A DNA stretch of 64,000 nt, from assembly GCF_032444005.1 (NCBI RefSeq), contig NC_091288.1, positions 182,714,001 to 182,778,000 on the forward strand, given 5' to 3'. The position numbers were made by a program, and so were the translations under genes. This document shows, piece by piece, positions 35,520 to 48,000 of the stretch (position 1 is its first letter; each line of letters begins with the position of its first letter). Below the pieces are notes generated by a model that worked only from the letters and a program-made list of their open reading frames with translations, had not been told where the DNA came from and made no database searches. This DNA comes from Ranitomeya imitator (lineage: Eukaryota).

Positions 35520-37170
35520 GTGGAAATTTAAATTAATTGGCCCAAACTAGAATGTTTTATATCAACTTATTCTGGGACACATTGAAGGCATATCTAAGGG
35601 GCTGCCGCTCATCTACAATCTCATACGTTACGAGAGTCACATCCAGGGAAGATGCCGAAATAGAGGTTAAATTAAAAGAATCTGAAAAGAAATATATTGC
35701 AGAGCCGTCAAGTGGCAATAGGTCAGAATGACTCTACTTTCATAGATTGTACACACAGCACCTGGAAGCTAAATCTAAACGGAAATTATTCTTCACAAGG
35801 CAATCCTACCTCGAATTGGGCAAGTTATTGGCTTACATGGCCCATCAACATAATGCATCTAACACCAAACTTCAAATTAGGAGGCCGGACGGCACTATAG
35901 CCACCTCCACTGAAGACATACTCAATGTCACGATTACTATAAATCACTATATCAGTCCAAAAGCGACTATAACACCGCACACTGCCTCTCATATCTGTCA
36001 TGTGATTCCCAGAACTGACCCATTCTCAGCAATCCATCCTGGAGGCAGATTTTGCATTGGATGAGATAATTACTGCTATTAAAGAAATGGCTAAAGGAAA
36101 GGCACCAGGCCCAGATGGTTTTCCCATAGAGTTATACAGCAAATATCAAGATACTCTAGCCCCCCTTTTATTGGATGTCTTCGAGCAGACCAAACAAAGG
36201 GAATGCTCCTTTTATGAGGCAAACAATAGTTCTTAAAAAAGAAGGGAAAGACCCACTAGAATGTAGATCATACCGTCCAATCTCGTTAGTAAATGTAGAT
36301 TACAAGATATTCACAAAAATCCTAGCAAAAAAATAGAAAAACCCAAAAGCACTCACCAAATATGCAGTTTCAAGTGTCCTTTATTGTAACACCATGTGGT
36401 ACATCTTCACGGCACGGGGGAGTAGAAAAAGAGGGGTGGGAGTGCGGCAGACGAGACCGGCCGTTTCGCGCTACACGAGCGCTTCTACGGGTCCATGTCC
36501 AAAAGGGCTCTTGTGTAGCGCGAAACGGCTGTCGTCTCGTCTGCCGCACTCCCACCCCTCTTTTTCTACTCCCCCGTGCCGTGAAGATGTACCGCATGGT
36601 GTTACAATAAGGGACACTTGAAACTGCATATTTGGTGAGTGCTTTTGCGTTTTTCTATTTTTTTTTATATTTCTCTGACTTTATTTCACGCAAGCACCTC
36701 CATTTATCCCTCGGACTGCTATACACTTCAGATGTGCCACAGTTTATTTTTTCTTGTTTGTGAGCTGTGCTGCTCTCTTTTCCCTTTGTTTTTTGACAAA
36801 AATCCTAGCCACTAGACTTAATAGAATCATTCTCGAAATTATCCATCCAGATCACACTGGATTCATGCCAGGGCAAAGTACCACATTTAATATCAGAAGG
36901 GTGCAGACCATTGTACAATATAGCTCACCGATACAAGATAATGAGTGGGCCCTGGCTTCACTTGATGCAGCTAAGGCTTTTGACTCTGTAGAGTGGCCCT
37001 TCTGGTCCGCGTGACTCCAGAAATTCGCATTTGGTCCTAAGTTCACCAAATGGGTCCACATGTTGTATGCAGCCCCTACAGCTCAATTGATAATAACATT
37101 TCATCCCATCCCTTCCCCCTTGGAAGGGGAACGAGGCAGGGCTGCCCTCTATCCCCTTCCCTATTTGCTT
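35520..37170 (+). mobile_element. Disabled L1-clade LINE ORF2 fragment, split by a 469-bp insertion
   Basis: Pieces read WDTLKAYLRG, KAPGPDGFP, YRPISLVNVDYKIFTKILA|TRL, GFMPGQSTTFNIRR, SLDAAKAFDSVEW, RGTRQGCPLSP, with stops and frameshifts. Confidence 0.88.
36327..36795. mobile_element. Penelope-like palindromic insertion inside the L1 fragment
   Basis: 14-bp TSD ACAAAAATCCTAGC (36313-36326, 36796-36809). ~155-bp inverted arms (about 36328-36485 and 36505-36663) plus a ~130-bp tail; GAAACGGC(C/T)G motifs at the arm junction. Confidence 0.72.
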
Positions 37171-39383
37171 TGACAAAACAATACTCTCCACAACAACAAT
37201 TATGGGCAGACCGAACCGATACGTTCTAGTGCAATCTGATTTTGATCCGACACTTGCATCATTATTGGACACGTCCCTACCATTTTGCACAGACCACACT
37301 CGGTCCAAGGAAAAAATATCTGATGTGAACAGCCCCATAGACTGTCATTATCTGAAAAAACGGAGAGCGGTAGAACGTGAAAGACGAACACCTGAACAAG
37401 CCCTTGAGTGCATTCTGTATTGTCACATCCGTAAAAGCAGGATCTCTTAAAATGTTACATTATTTAATCCATAAACTACATATAGTAAATAGATTTAAAA
37501 AAAAAAAAAATTGAAACATCGAAATTGCCTTTTTTTTTTTTTGGCAGATGTTCCTCCAACAATAAAATCATCATATGTGCCCCCAAATGCCACCATAAAT
37601 AATACTCAAGCCCTCAACTAGCCTGCATCAACATAAAAAAATTGAAGTTCAGTGTTATTTTTTTAACCCCTTATTGCCGGTCAATTTTTGCTTTTTTGTG
37701 TTTCTGTTTTTTCCTGCCCTTCTTCCCAGAGCCATAAGTCTTATTCTTCTGTCCACGTAGACATATGAGGGCTTGTGCTTTGCGGAATGAGTTGTACTTT
37801 TTAATAACACCACAGAGTGTAATGGAAAACGGGAAAAAACTCAAAGTGCGGTGAAATTGTGGGGAAAACCCCCCCCCCACAGTTCTGACATTGTTTTTTT
37901 GGAAATAGTTTTTACGGTGTACACATTATGGTAAAAATGACCTCACAATATGATTGTAATCATCAATACAATTACGATGTTATTACCTTAATCATATTAA
38001 CCCGGAAAATCATGTACGTGCAGGTAATTTTTTTTTACCACACAATATGCACTGTAAAAAAAAAATCAAAAAAATACAATGCATGAATTGCTGTATTTTT
38101 TTTCTTTCACAATGTCCCCTTTTTTTTTGGTAAACTAAATGGTGCTGTCCAAAAACTCTTGTCCTGAAAAAAGTTAAAAAAAAATTGCTATCAAATGGCC
38201 ATGTTGAAGGAGGGAAAAAAAAAAGTTATGGCTCTATCATTGAAGAAGGGTAGGAAAACACGTACCGTAATTGTGCAAAAATGAAAATTGGCCATGGTGG
38301 GAAGGGGTTAATGAAAATGTTTTCACCAGGATTCACATTACAAACTGCATAAATCATTAAATACACGCACACTATAGGTTATAACTGATGAGGCTGGTGT
38401 ACTGGCTTCCAAAATACATGTCAGAATGGGTTTTATAATCCTTTTTTATATTACAATTTGATATAATCCTAATATTAAGATGAGCATTTTAGTACCTAAA
38501 TTTTAAAGGGTGTGTACATTCTTTTAAAAAAAAAAAAAGTTCATTGTTGTTTCTCCTAACTAGTCTGCATTAAAAATTTTACACAAGTTTTCCTGCTGCA
38601 GATTATAGTCTTTTTTCAAGAAAATGTTGACAACCAGTCGGAGCTGCTGCTCCTGGCTTTGACATCTCTCTGCTCTCCCTTCTATAAATGTCAGAGATAG
38701 AAGTGGAGAAGAGAAATTCACAGCATGGAAGAGCTATACACAGATATTCACAGTATAGATAGGGAGAAAGTATCTACAGTCTCGGGGAGTGCAGAGAAAT
38801 CAGTCTTTAGAAGAGGAGGAAAGTACATGAAGAGGAAATGAGTACAGGTAAGAAATTATGCTGATTCATGAGCTAAGGAAGAGTGCAGCACCATGGATAC
38901 CTACAGACCTTATATCCAGCTTGAATTGCCTACATTACTCCCACAAGTGAAAAATCTGAATGATTCTGCAAACTACACGTCAGGAGGTCCAGAAACGAAA
39001 TGAGGAGATGAAGATTGCAAACTGAAACTTAATGCAATTTTATTAACTAACGGTAACCAGTAATATGTAAAAATGAGCCGCCATTTTCTTCCTGACACGG
39101 ATACGGTTATCTTCTGCACGTTGTGATATGCCCCATCGGTCCAGTGTTTTCTAGGCGATCTAGAAGTCAATACTGAATGTAAGTCTGAGTGCCAGAAAGA
39201 TACAATCGTAGACTTACATTGAGAGCTAGCGACTGTTATCTCTGCCTTTTGGTGGGTCAGAAGTTGTGTTCACAAGGTGGCGGGTCGGGACCGGAGTGAT
39301 GCAAGGAACAGCTGTAGACAGTGGCTGACATGTATATTTTTAGGGGCAGGGAACATGGATGAGTGACACCACTACTGCACTGA

Positions 39384-41420
39384 AATTATTATGTATATAG
39401 CACCATTGATTCCATGATGCTGTACATGAGAAGGGGTTACATACAAGTTACAGATATCACTTACAGTAAACAAACTAACAATGACAGACTGATACAGAGG
39501 GGCGAGGACCCTGCCCTTGCGGGCTTACATTCTACAGGATGGTGGGGATGGAGACAATAGGTTGAGGGGAGCAGGAGCTCCGGTGTTGGTGAGGCAGCGG
39601 GGTCAGTGCTGTAGGCTTTCTTGAAGAGTTGGGTTTTCAGGTTCCGTCTGAAGGATCCGAATGTGGTTGATAGTTGGACGTGTTGGAGCAGAGAATTCCA
39701 GAAGATGGGGGATATTCGGGAGAAGTCTTGGAGGCGGTTGGATGAGGAGCGAATAAGTGTAGAGGAGAGAAGGAGGTCTTGGGAGGACCGGAGATCACGT
39801 GAGGGAAGATATCAGGAGATTAGTTCAGAGATATAAGGAGGAGACAGGTTGTGGATGGCTTTGTAGGTTATTATTAGTAATTTGAACTGGATAAGCTGAG
39901 GGAATGGGAGCCAGTGAAGAGATTTGCAGAGGGGGGAAGCAGAGGAGTAGCGAGGAGAGAGATGAATTAGTCGGGCAGCAGAGTTAAGGATGGACTGGAG
40001 AGGTGCAAGGGTGTTAGCAGGGAGGCCGCAGAAAAGGATGTTGCAGTAGTCGAGGCGGGAGATGATGAGGGCATGCACAAGCATTTTAGTAGATTGATGG
40101 TTGAGGAAAGGACGGATTCTGGAGATATTTTTGAGCTGGAGGCGACAGGAGGTGGAGAGAGCTTGGATGTGCGGTTAGAAGGTCAGGGCAGAGTCAAGGG
40201 TTACTCCGAGGCAGCGGACTTCCGGTACGGGGGAAAGCATGATGTCATTGATTGCGATAGATAGGTCAGGTAAGGAAGATCTATGGGATGGAGGAAAGAT
40301 GATGAGTTCAGATTTGTCCACATTGAGTTGAAGAAGCGAGAGGAGGAGGAGGATATGGCAGATAGAGACTCTGGGATTCTGGACAGCAGAGCGGTGACGT
40401 CTGGGCCAGAGAGGTAGATCTGAGTGTTATCAGCATAAAGGTGGTACTGGAATCCATGGGACTTTATGAGTTGTCCCAGGCCAAGTGTATAGATTGAGAA
40501 GAGTAGGGGTCCTAGAACAGAGCCTTGGGGGACTCCAACAGAGAGAGGGTGGGATTAGGAGGTAGTGAGGGAGTGGGAGACGCTGAATGTGCGGTTGGAA
40601 AGGTACGAGGAGATCCAGGATAGGGCGAGGTCTTTGATGCCAAAGAAAGAGAGGATCTGTAGTAGGAGGCAGTGGTCAACTGTGTCGAAGGCAGAGGACA
40701 GGTTTAGAAGGAGGAGTACAGAGTATTGTCCTTTAGCTTTGGCAGTAAGTAGGTCGTTAGTAATTTTGGTCAGGGCTGTTTCAGTGGAGTGATGAGGATG
40801 GAAACCAGATTGCAGATTGTCAAAGAGCAAGTTAGATGAGAGGTGGGAGGAAAGTTCAGAGTGGACGTGCTGCTCCAGGAGTTTGGAAGCGAATGAGAGC
40901 AGCGATATTGGGCGATAGCTGGACATAGCGGTTGGGTCGAGGGTTGGCTTTTTAAGGATAGGTGTGATTGTGGCATGTTTGAAAGCAGAAGGGAAGGTGC
41001 CAGAAGTTAGTGATAGGTTGAAGAGGTGGGTTAGGGATGGGATAAGTGTGGTGGTGAGGTTGGGGAGGAGGTGGGATGAGATGGGGTCGAGCGCACAGGT
41101 GGTGAGGTGCGATTTGGAGAGGAGACAATTAAGCTCCCCGTCAGTGATGTTGGATAGGGAAGTTATGGGGTTTGGGCATTGGTCTGGTATACAAATCGGT
41201 TGTGGTGGTTGAACAATGAAGACTTGCCTTGTCTGGTCGATCTTATTTTTAAAGTGTGAGGCAAAGTCCTCAGCAGAGATGAGGGAGGTTGGAGGGGGCA
41301 GTGGGGGGCGGAGGAGGGAGTTAAAGGGTTTGAATAACTGTTGCGGTTTTAGGATAGGGAAGATATGAGGGTTGTGAAGTAGGCCTGTTTAGCCGAGGTG
41401 AGAGCAGATTTAAAAGCGAG
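39384..41420 (-). mobile_element. 5'-truncated L2/CR1-group LINE, second copy of the family at 14262-16165
   Basis: ORFs 40555..40926 and 39812..40084 (RT and C-terminal pieces: LIISRLDYCN, LHWLP); same 3' tail. Confidence 0.9.
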
Positions 41421-41901
41421 TTAAATTAAAACAAGAATGCAGGAGTGGGGGTCCCCGATGCACCCATGGTGTTGCCAAGGGCCCAGAATAGTGTTCCAGG
41501 ACATCAATTAGCATGCTGCGAATGTCTTGTTAGCTTGATAACCATGCCCTCACGTCCAAAGCGGGTGCTGCCGGCAATAAATCTCTGGGCCTGCACTAAC
41601 ACTGCAGAAGCCCAGTGAGGGCATTAACACACAGTGTCCGTACAGACTCGCTTTCATGCCTCTCTCCTGTCTGCGGTGTCGGCTCACTGCACACTGGATT
41701 ACACAGTACCAAACAACCGACGCAGACAGGAGAGCGGGATAAGAGTGTGCAAACACTGACACTGTGTGCACTTGCTCGCTTGACCTCTTCAGTGTCAGTG
41801 TGGCATCCATGATAAACAAAAAACAGGATATGAGACATGGTTTTCATACAGTAAACCATTGCATATCCATTAGATTTTTACATATTCCTCACTAATAATG
41901 T

Positions 41902-41904
<3 letters not shown>

Positions 41905-41987
<83 letters not shown>
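41905..41987. repeat. (GT)n microsatellite, about 41 units
   Basis: Directly visible. Confidence 0.98.
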
Positions 41988-41990
<3 letters not shown>

Positions 41991-41999
41991 TTTGGGATC

Positions 42000-42715
42000 T
42001 GTAGGCGTGGGCTCCCGTGCAATTTTCTCCGCCAGAGAGGGAAAACCAGTGACTGAGGTCAGATATTAATAGCCTAGAGAGGGACCATGGTTATTGCCCC
42101 CCCTCCCCCCCTACCGGCTAAAAACATCTGCCCCCAGCCACCCCAGAAAAGGCACATCTGTAGGATGCACCTATTCTGGTGGCACTTAGCCTCTCTCTTC
42201 CCACTCCCTGTGGCATTGGCATATGGGGTAATAAGGGGTTAATGTCACCTTGCTATTGTAAGGTGACATTAAGCCTGGTTAATAATGGAGAGGTGTTAAT
42301 AAGACACCTGTCCATTATTAATCCAATAGAATGAAAGGGTTAAAAATACACACACACATTAAGAATAAAGTATTTTAATGAACTAATGAAACACACAGGT
42401 TTAACATCTTTATTGCATGCTCAATCCAAGCCAAGCCCTCGTTCTCCTGTAAAAAAAACTATTCCAAAATAAAAAAGCAACAATATCCCATACCTGTCCG
42501 CCGTACAGTTATGTCCCTCGCAGTAATCCATCTCAAGGGGTTAAATAGTTTACAACCCAGAGAGGTGCCAATGCGGCCGCTCCTGGCTGTAAACGACTGG
42601 GGAATGAATGAAATGCAAGGAGCGGAGCTTTGGTGACTAGCGGTGCCGTCACCGAAGCTGCACCCCCTGGCGACATGAACTCATACGAACTCTTGAGCGT
42701 GGGAAATTATTCACT
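42000..42715. mobile_element. Internal part of a non-autonomous DNA transposon family; related copy at about 48040-48700
   Basis: Shared blocks GGCGTGGGCTCC, GATATTAATAGCCTAG..GGGACCATGG, CCCAGAAAAGGC.CATCT.TA.GATG, CAACAATAT. Superfamily assignment (Harbinger-like) is tentative. Confidence 0.6.
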
Positions 42716-42719
42716 GTTA

Positions 42720-42915
42720 GGACTCCTTTCCACTTGCGAGAAACACGTGCGTGTCTCGCATGTGAAAACCAAGCTCTGGCGCCGACACTTGGGAGCGGAG
42801 CGTGCAGCTCCATGTGTTGCTATGCGGCCGCACGCTCCACTCCCAAGTGCCGGCGCCAGAGCTTGGTTTTCACATGCGAGACACGGACGTGTTTCTCGCA
42901 AGTGGAAAGGAGCCC
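42720..42915. mobile_element. 196-bp fold-back MITE with TTA target duplication (PIF/Harbinger-like)
   Basis: Arms GGACTCCTTTCCACTTGCGAGAAACACG.. and ..CGTGTTTCTCGCAAGTGGAAAGGAGCCC; TTA at 42717-42719 and 42916-42918. Confidence 0.85.
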
Positions 42916-44135
42916 TTACCCTCCACTCCTTCCTGGATTTTCAGATAACCCAGAATTTCTTGCCAATAATGCTACATGTGAATGCATCAATTCCATTACG
43001 AATGGGGGATATGGCTCGCTTATCTTATACGCATCCTGATGAAGGGTACATCACCCGAAACATCGTATTTCGTGCTAAAGGGATTTTCCCACGAGCAAAG
43101 TTAATTTTAAAGTGTATTTTAATCAATACATCTTGAACTAACGATAACTTCCACAATTGGATGTGATTATAAAAAATGTTCCTGTGCTGAGATAATCCTA
43201 TAAATGTTTCCCTGCTGTGTACTGTGTAATGGCTGTGTCTGACCGTGCAGGGACATGGTCTGATCATACCATAGCTGGTTTTTGTAAAGTCTTTTTTTTA
43301 GTAACTTGAAGTGGTTAAAAGTCAAAAGCCTGAACATATACACATCGAATCTGAAATGCATCTATTCATTCTTTTAGGTATTTTTCATGCGTTTTTTTTA
43401 CTGCAGAATCCACCAGAAAAAGACATTGTGTGAACAGATCCTACCGGTGGCAACCCCCATTCAGGCACCAGAGTGCTGTTTCGGGAAGGTTTAGGCAATG
43501 CACAGATTTCTAATAGCATGTCGTCTATGTGAGTGCAGGTATACAAGGTGGACTCTCCTGTGGCAGCTACTGACAGACAAATTTAGGCCTCGTTCACGCT
43601 CCCGTTTATTCACACGCCGTTTTTTTTTCTTTGTCTGAGGAATATATCGGAGACCTGTACGATTTTGATCGAGGGTCGGATGAAAACAAGCAATGTAAGT
43701 CTATGGAGCTGTGAAAAAAATTGGACTCCGTCGAAGATTGAGCCTAGGGTCGTTAAATAAAAAATAAAAAAAAAAATTGGTGCCAGTTATATATGGTGTG
43801 ATTTTATTTAATTATTTTTTTGTGGGGGGGGGGGGGGAGGAGGAGGGGTAACTGATCCAGCTAATAAAGGGTTATTCTCATCTGTTCCTGTCACGTCTGA
43901 GGTGGGAATCACTGCCTCCTAGTCCTGGCCACCAGAAGGTTACAGATATGGTGCTGTTGCTATTCTGTATGCACAACTCCCGTAGAAATGAATGGGGGCT
44001 ATGCCTCCAGTGTAGCACTTTCTGTAGTTCCCATTCATTTCTATCGGCGTTGCACAACAGGACTGCGGCAGCCATAACCATCTGTTATTGTAACCCGCCT
44101 ATGGTGGCCGAGACCTAGATGCAGGCAGGGATGAC

Positions 44136-44490
44136 GGCCACGTTCACACTCGCAGTATTTGGTCAGTATTTTACCTCAGTATTTGTAAGCCAAAACCAGG
44201 AGTGGAACAATTAGAGGAAAAGTATAATAGAAACATATGCACCACTTCTGGATTTATCACCCACTCCTGGTTTTGGCTTACAAATACTGAGGTAAAATAC
44301 TGACCAAATACTGAACGTGTGAACCAGGGGCCTGGACAGCGTGCATTTGTGCAGTTTTTGTATTGAATATTAACAACCTCACGATTAGGCCACGTTCACA
44401 CTGACAGTATTTGGTCAGTTTTTTTACCTCAGGCTTACAAATACTGAGGTAAAAAAAAACTGACCAAATACTGAACGTGTGAACGTGGCT
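44136..44490. mobile_element. Two adjacent palindromic Harbinger-like MITEs (44136-44325; internally deleted 44388-44490)
   Basis: GGCCACGTTCACAC ends and mirrored CAGTATTTGGTCAGT..ACTGACCAAATACTG interiors. Confidence 0.75.
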
Positions 44491-44559
44491 TTTTGCATCT
44501 ACACAGAAGAAATTGGCGCGGTTTTTATTTATCAAACTTGAATTAAAAAAAAAAATTGC

Positions 44560-44873
44560 AAAATTCTCAGGGCTCCCCGTAGCATCACGTGACTACTACG
44601 TCATCAACCATGCCCAGACAGAACCATAGAGAGGGACTTGGTTAAGTACAGCTCGGAGCTGAGCGCGCCCTCTGCCGTCTCAATGCTTTGTGATCACCTG
44701 GAAAACGTCCGTGTGGAAACAGAGACTGTGACTATGGTTCCGCCCCTTCTCCAGCCTGCTTCACCCCTCCTTCTCAGCACGGTTGCTCTCCTCCCACCCA
44801 TCACTCGCCTCCTCGGGCCGATGTGGGCCATGGACCGGCTCGGTTCCGGAGGACATCGGCCGAAGCTGCTCAG
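44560..44873 (+). promoter_or_regulatory. METTL9 promoter / 5' leader, CpG-rich
   Basis: TCACGTGA E-box at 44585-44592, ACGTCA half-CRE at 44598-44603, CpG-rich stretch up to the ATG. Confidence 0.55.
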
Positions 44874-45020
44874 ATGAAAGTGTTCCTCGGCTGGGTACTC
44901 ACATACGTGCTCTGCCTGGCCGCGGTGAGGAAGATGTGGAGCAGCCGGTACCTGAGGAGTCACCTGAGTAGATCCCTGTATATGAACATGCTGAGCCCTA
45001 ACCAGGCCCCTTACTGGGAA
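44874..45020 (+). CDS. METTL9: Protein-histidine N1-methyltransferase METTL9, exon 1 (147 nt)
   Basis: MKVFLGWVLTYVLCLAAVRKMWSSRYLRSHLSRSLYMNM resembles human MRLLAGWLCLSLASVWLARRMWTLRSPLTRSLYVNM. Donor GAA|GTGAGT; phase 0. Confidence 0.9.
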
Positions 45021-48000
45021 GTGAGTCACCAGGTGTGTGCCCAGCTGTGGGGTCTGACAGGAGGAGCGGGGGCCATGCCTCTCTGCCTGGGGGCTGCCCC
45101 TGGCTGTCACATTACATGGCTTGGGTTCATATTTAGGGGTCATTGTTTAGTTTTTGATTAATGTATTGGTCCGTGTTAAAATTGGGTTGGGGTCCGGCTA
45201 CCTGCGACCCCACTAAACCCAAGTTAAGGGGTACTGTCCCTTTAATTTCCCTTTTTTAATGTTTTTTTTAACCTCCGACCAGTTGGGGCGCTGTTTCTTT
45301 GTACAAAAGAGAGGAGCCTCTATACTTAACCCCAAATCCCCCTCTATTACTGGGCGGACCCCCATTGATCGGGCACTCGGATTGATGCCCTGTCACTGTT
45401 TTCGCAGGAAGGATCCCTTTAGGCCACAAGGAGTAAGAGGATGTCCACATTAGGGTTTTTTTTTATGCCTACGATGACCACGAAATCGCAGAGGAAATTC
45501 TGTACGTTTTTTATGCCTTTTTTAATGTTTTTTTTTTTTTTGCACTTGATAAAAAACTGCATTAAAAAGGCTAAGGCCGCGTTCACACTGTGTGTTCCCG
45601 ATTTTCCTGGTAAACTGATAACATTTTTATCACTTGTTTTGGGAAAATCGTGCATCGTGTGGACGTAGAAAGAGTTGACAAGCGTCACGGTGTGAATGAG
45701 ATTTTAGACATTACACACAAAGCACGGTGTGAACCAGCGCTGAGCGTGACGGTCGCTCCTCAGTGTGGCCGGGGCAGGTTTTTAGTTTAATCTGACACAT
45801 GATGGTGGTCCTGGGGGGCTTTCAGGACTTGACGGCTCCTCCTGGGGTTCCTTGGTTGCACCTTTGTGCAGTCACTTGTCCACAATCCATAAGTGTCACC
45901 TGTTAGGTTTCATCTTGTTCTGCGCTCCCGGCTTTGTCCCTATTATTATTATTATCATCACCTATTACGCTACGGGCCTGATTTGTGCAGCTGGTGTGAT
46001 GGCATGAGGCACCCAGACATCAGCCGGCAGCAGTGACGTGCGATTGTCATTGTTCACCAGGATATTGTGCGACTTCCTCCTGCTCATTGTCTGGCGGTGC
46101 CGTCTGCTCGTCGCGGGCATGCACTACTCACCGTCAGGCCACAAGGGGCACGAAAGCCGCCTCATCCCTCCTCTGTTCTTCATCACCTCCAGGCACATTC
46201 TTATTAGCATTCATTATAGGAGCTCTGATTTGGTTTCTTTCTTTCATCCATTCTTTTATTTATTCTTTATATATTGAATCTGTAAACAAAAAAATATGAT
46301 ATTATTTATTGTATTATTATTAAGTTCGTGTTCATTATAAATATGAAAATATGTTCTGGGCAAATCTAAAACAAAAAATGTCTCTGCTCTTTTTCATGTA
46401 TTCCTTTTGCTGTCTGCTGTACCTCTCCCGGGCGCTACGCTGTCTACATTAATTACTATTTTATATATCTAAGGAAACAATGTATTAGTGGTGAATGATA
46501 GATAAGGAGTGATGGCCGTTTCTACTCGAATATTAATATTGCATATTTTATATACTTTGGAATTCCAAGGTCGGATATATTGCTCTTCGTTAATGGATGC
46601 AACTTGGTCGTTATAATAGACGCCTTTAAACATCCATTATAAAAGGCTGGTGATAAAGTGAAGGTTTGGTCTTTTTTTTTTTTTTCAATCTGTAAGATGT
46701 ATATAGTTTATGTTTTGACATAGGAAAAATTGTGCCATGAACAGACTTCATAAATATTTTACCCTCTACATTCTTAGGCTGGACTTAGACGTCTGAGTAT
46801 GGATCAGGATTTTCAGGACAAGCTCGTGTAAGGCATCATGAGAAACGCGGCCGCACCTGATATCAGTCCATACACGGGCCACGATACTGAAATATCCAAA
46901 TTCAGCCTTAGGCCTTTTTTTAGACATCAGATTGTTGTGAATCCATGGTTTTCATGGGTCGCATTGGTGGTCTATGGGGCCATTCACATACCTGATTTTT
47001 CGCAGATCAAGAAGTACACGGAAAATCGCGGAGACGTGTTGCTTAAAATCAGCAATGCACATCTGTGGGTCCATGGAAAAATCGGACTGCACTTGGATGA
47101 CACCCGAGTGTGGATCGAGTTCTCGGACTGTCAATGGAAAAGGTGGAGGAATGTTTTTAATTCTTTTTCTTCACTTACAAGAAAACGGATAACACTCGGC
47201 CCACACTCCGATCAGAACAGTTTGAGCATTTTTCTTGTGCATGTAAAAATTGGACATGTGAACAAGCCCTTAGGTCTTACTCAGTCCAGTGTTCGATTAC
47301 GAGTGCTATCCGTGTTTTTTTTTTTTTTTTAATTTTTGCGGACTGAGTGCTCTATGGAAAATCTCAGAGACATGTCAGATTTTGAGCTGAGTGTGAAATC
47401 AAAGTCGGCAATGCAAGTCCGTGGAAAAATCGGAGCGTACTCGGATGACATTTGCATGCGATCCAATTTACGTGGACTGTCAGAAAAGAGAAGATGGAGA
47501 AACTTTTCTAAGTGATCAAAGTCTGCTTCCAAAAATCAGTCTGTTGTTCTCTGCCTTAGGCTAAGTTCACACTGGGCATTTTTGCTGCCTTTTCTTCCTG
47601 CAGCAAAACCTAATTTCTTGGTAGGAAAGAAGCTGCGGCAAAAAAATGCATTTTTTGGTGCGTATTTTTTAAGGCACTTTTTGGGCTAACTGAAAAGAGG
47701 AAGAAAAACCTACTCCCTGTAGATCATGAGCAGACTGGAAAGAAATCGCAGCATGCTGCAATTGTGATCGGAAATCGGATCGCATTCAACAATAGGAGAC
47801 AATGGGTGTGAGATAAAAAAATCGCACAGCACTCACACATTGCGAGTGCTGTCCGATTTTTACACACCGATGTCCTTTGAATCCGGCAAATCAGCAGTAC
47901 AGTAAAATCACAGCGTGACCCGACAGGATAGAAGAGATGGATTACATACGGTAAATAGACAAATACAATTAGTGCAGTGTGTGCCACTTACTGTACATGT

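Noticed and set aside
44823-44873. N-terminal extension of METTL9 suggested by the ORF track (MGHGPARF..)
   Set aside because: The track start at 44823 is GTG, not ATG; homology begins at ATG 44874.
46033-46200. CpG-rich stretch with a - strand GTGAGT donor in METTL9 intron 1
   Set aside because: No convincing ORF, acceptor or homology.
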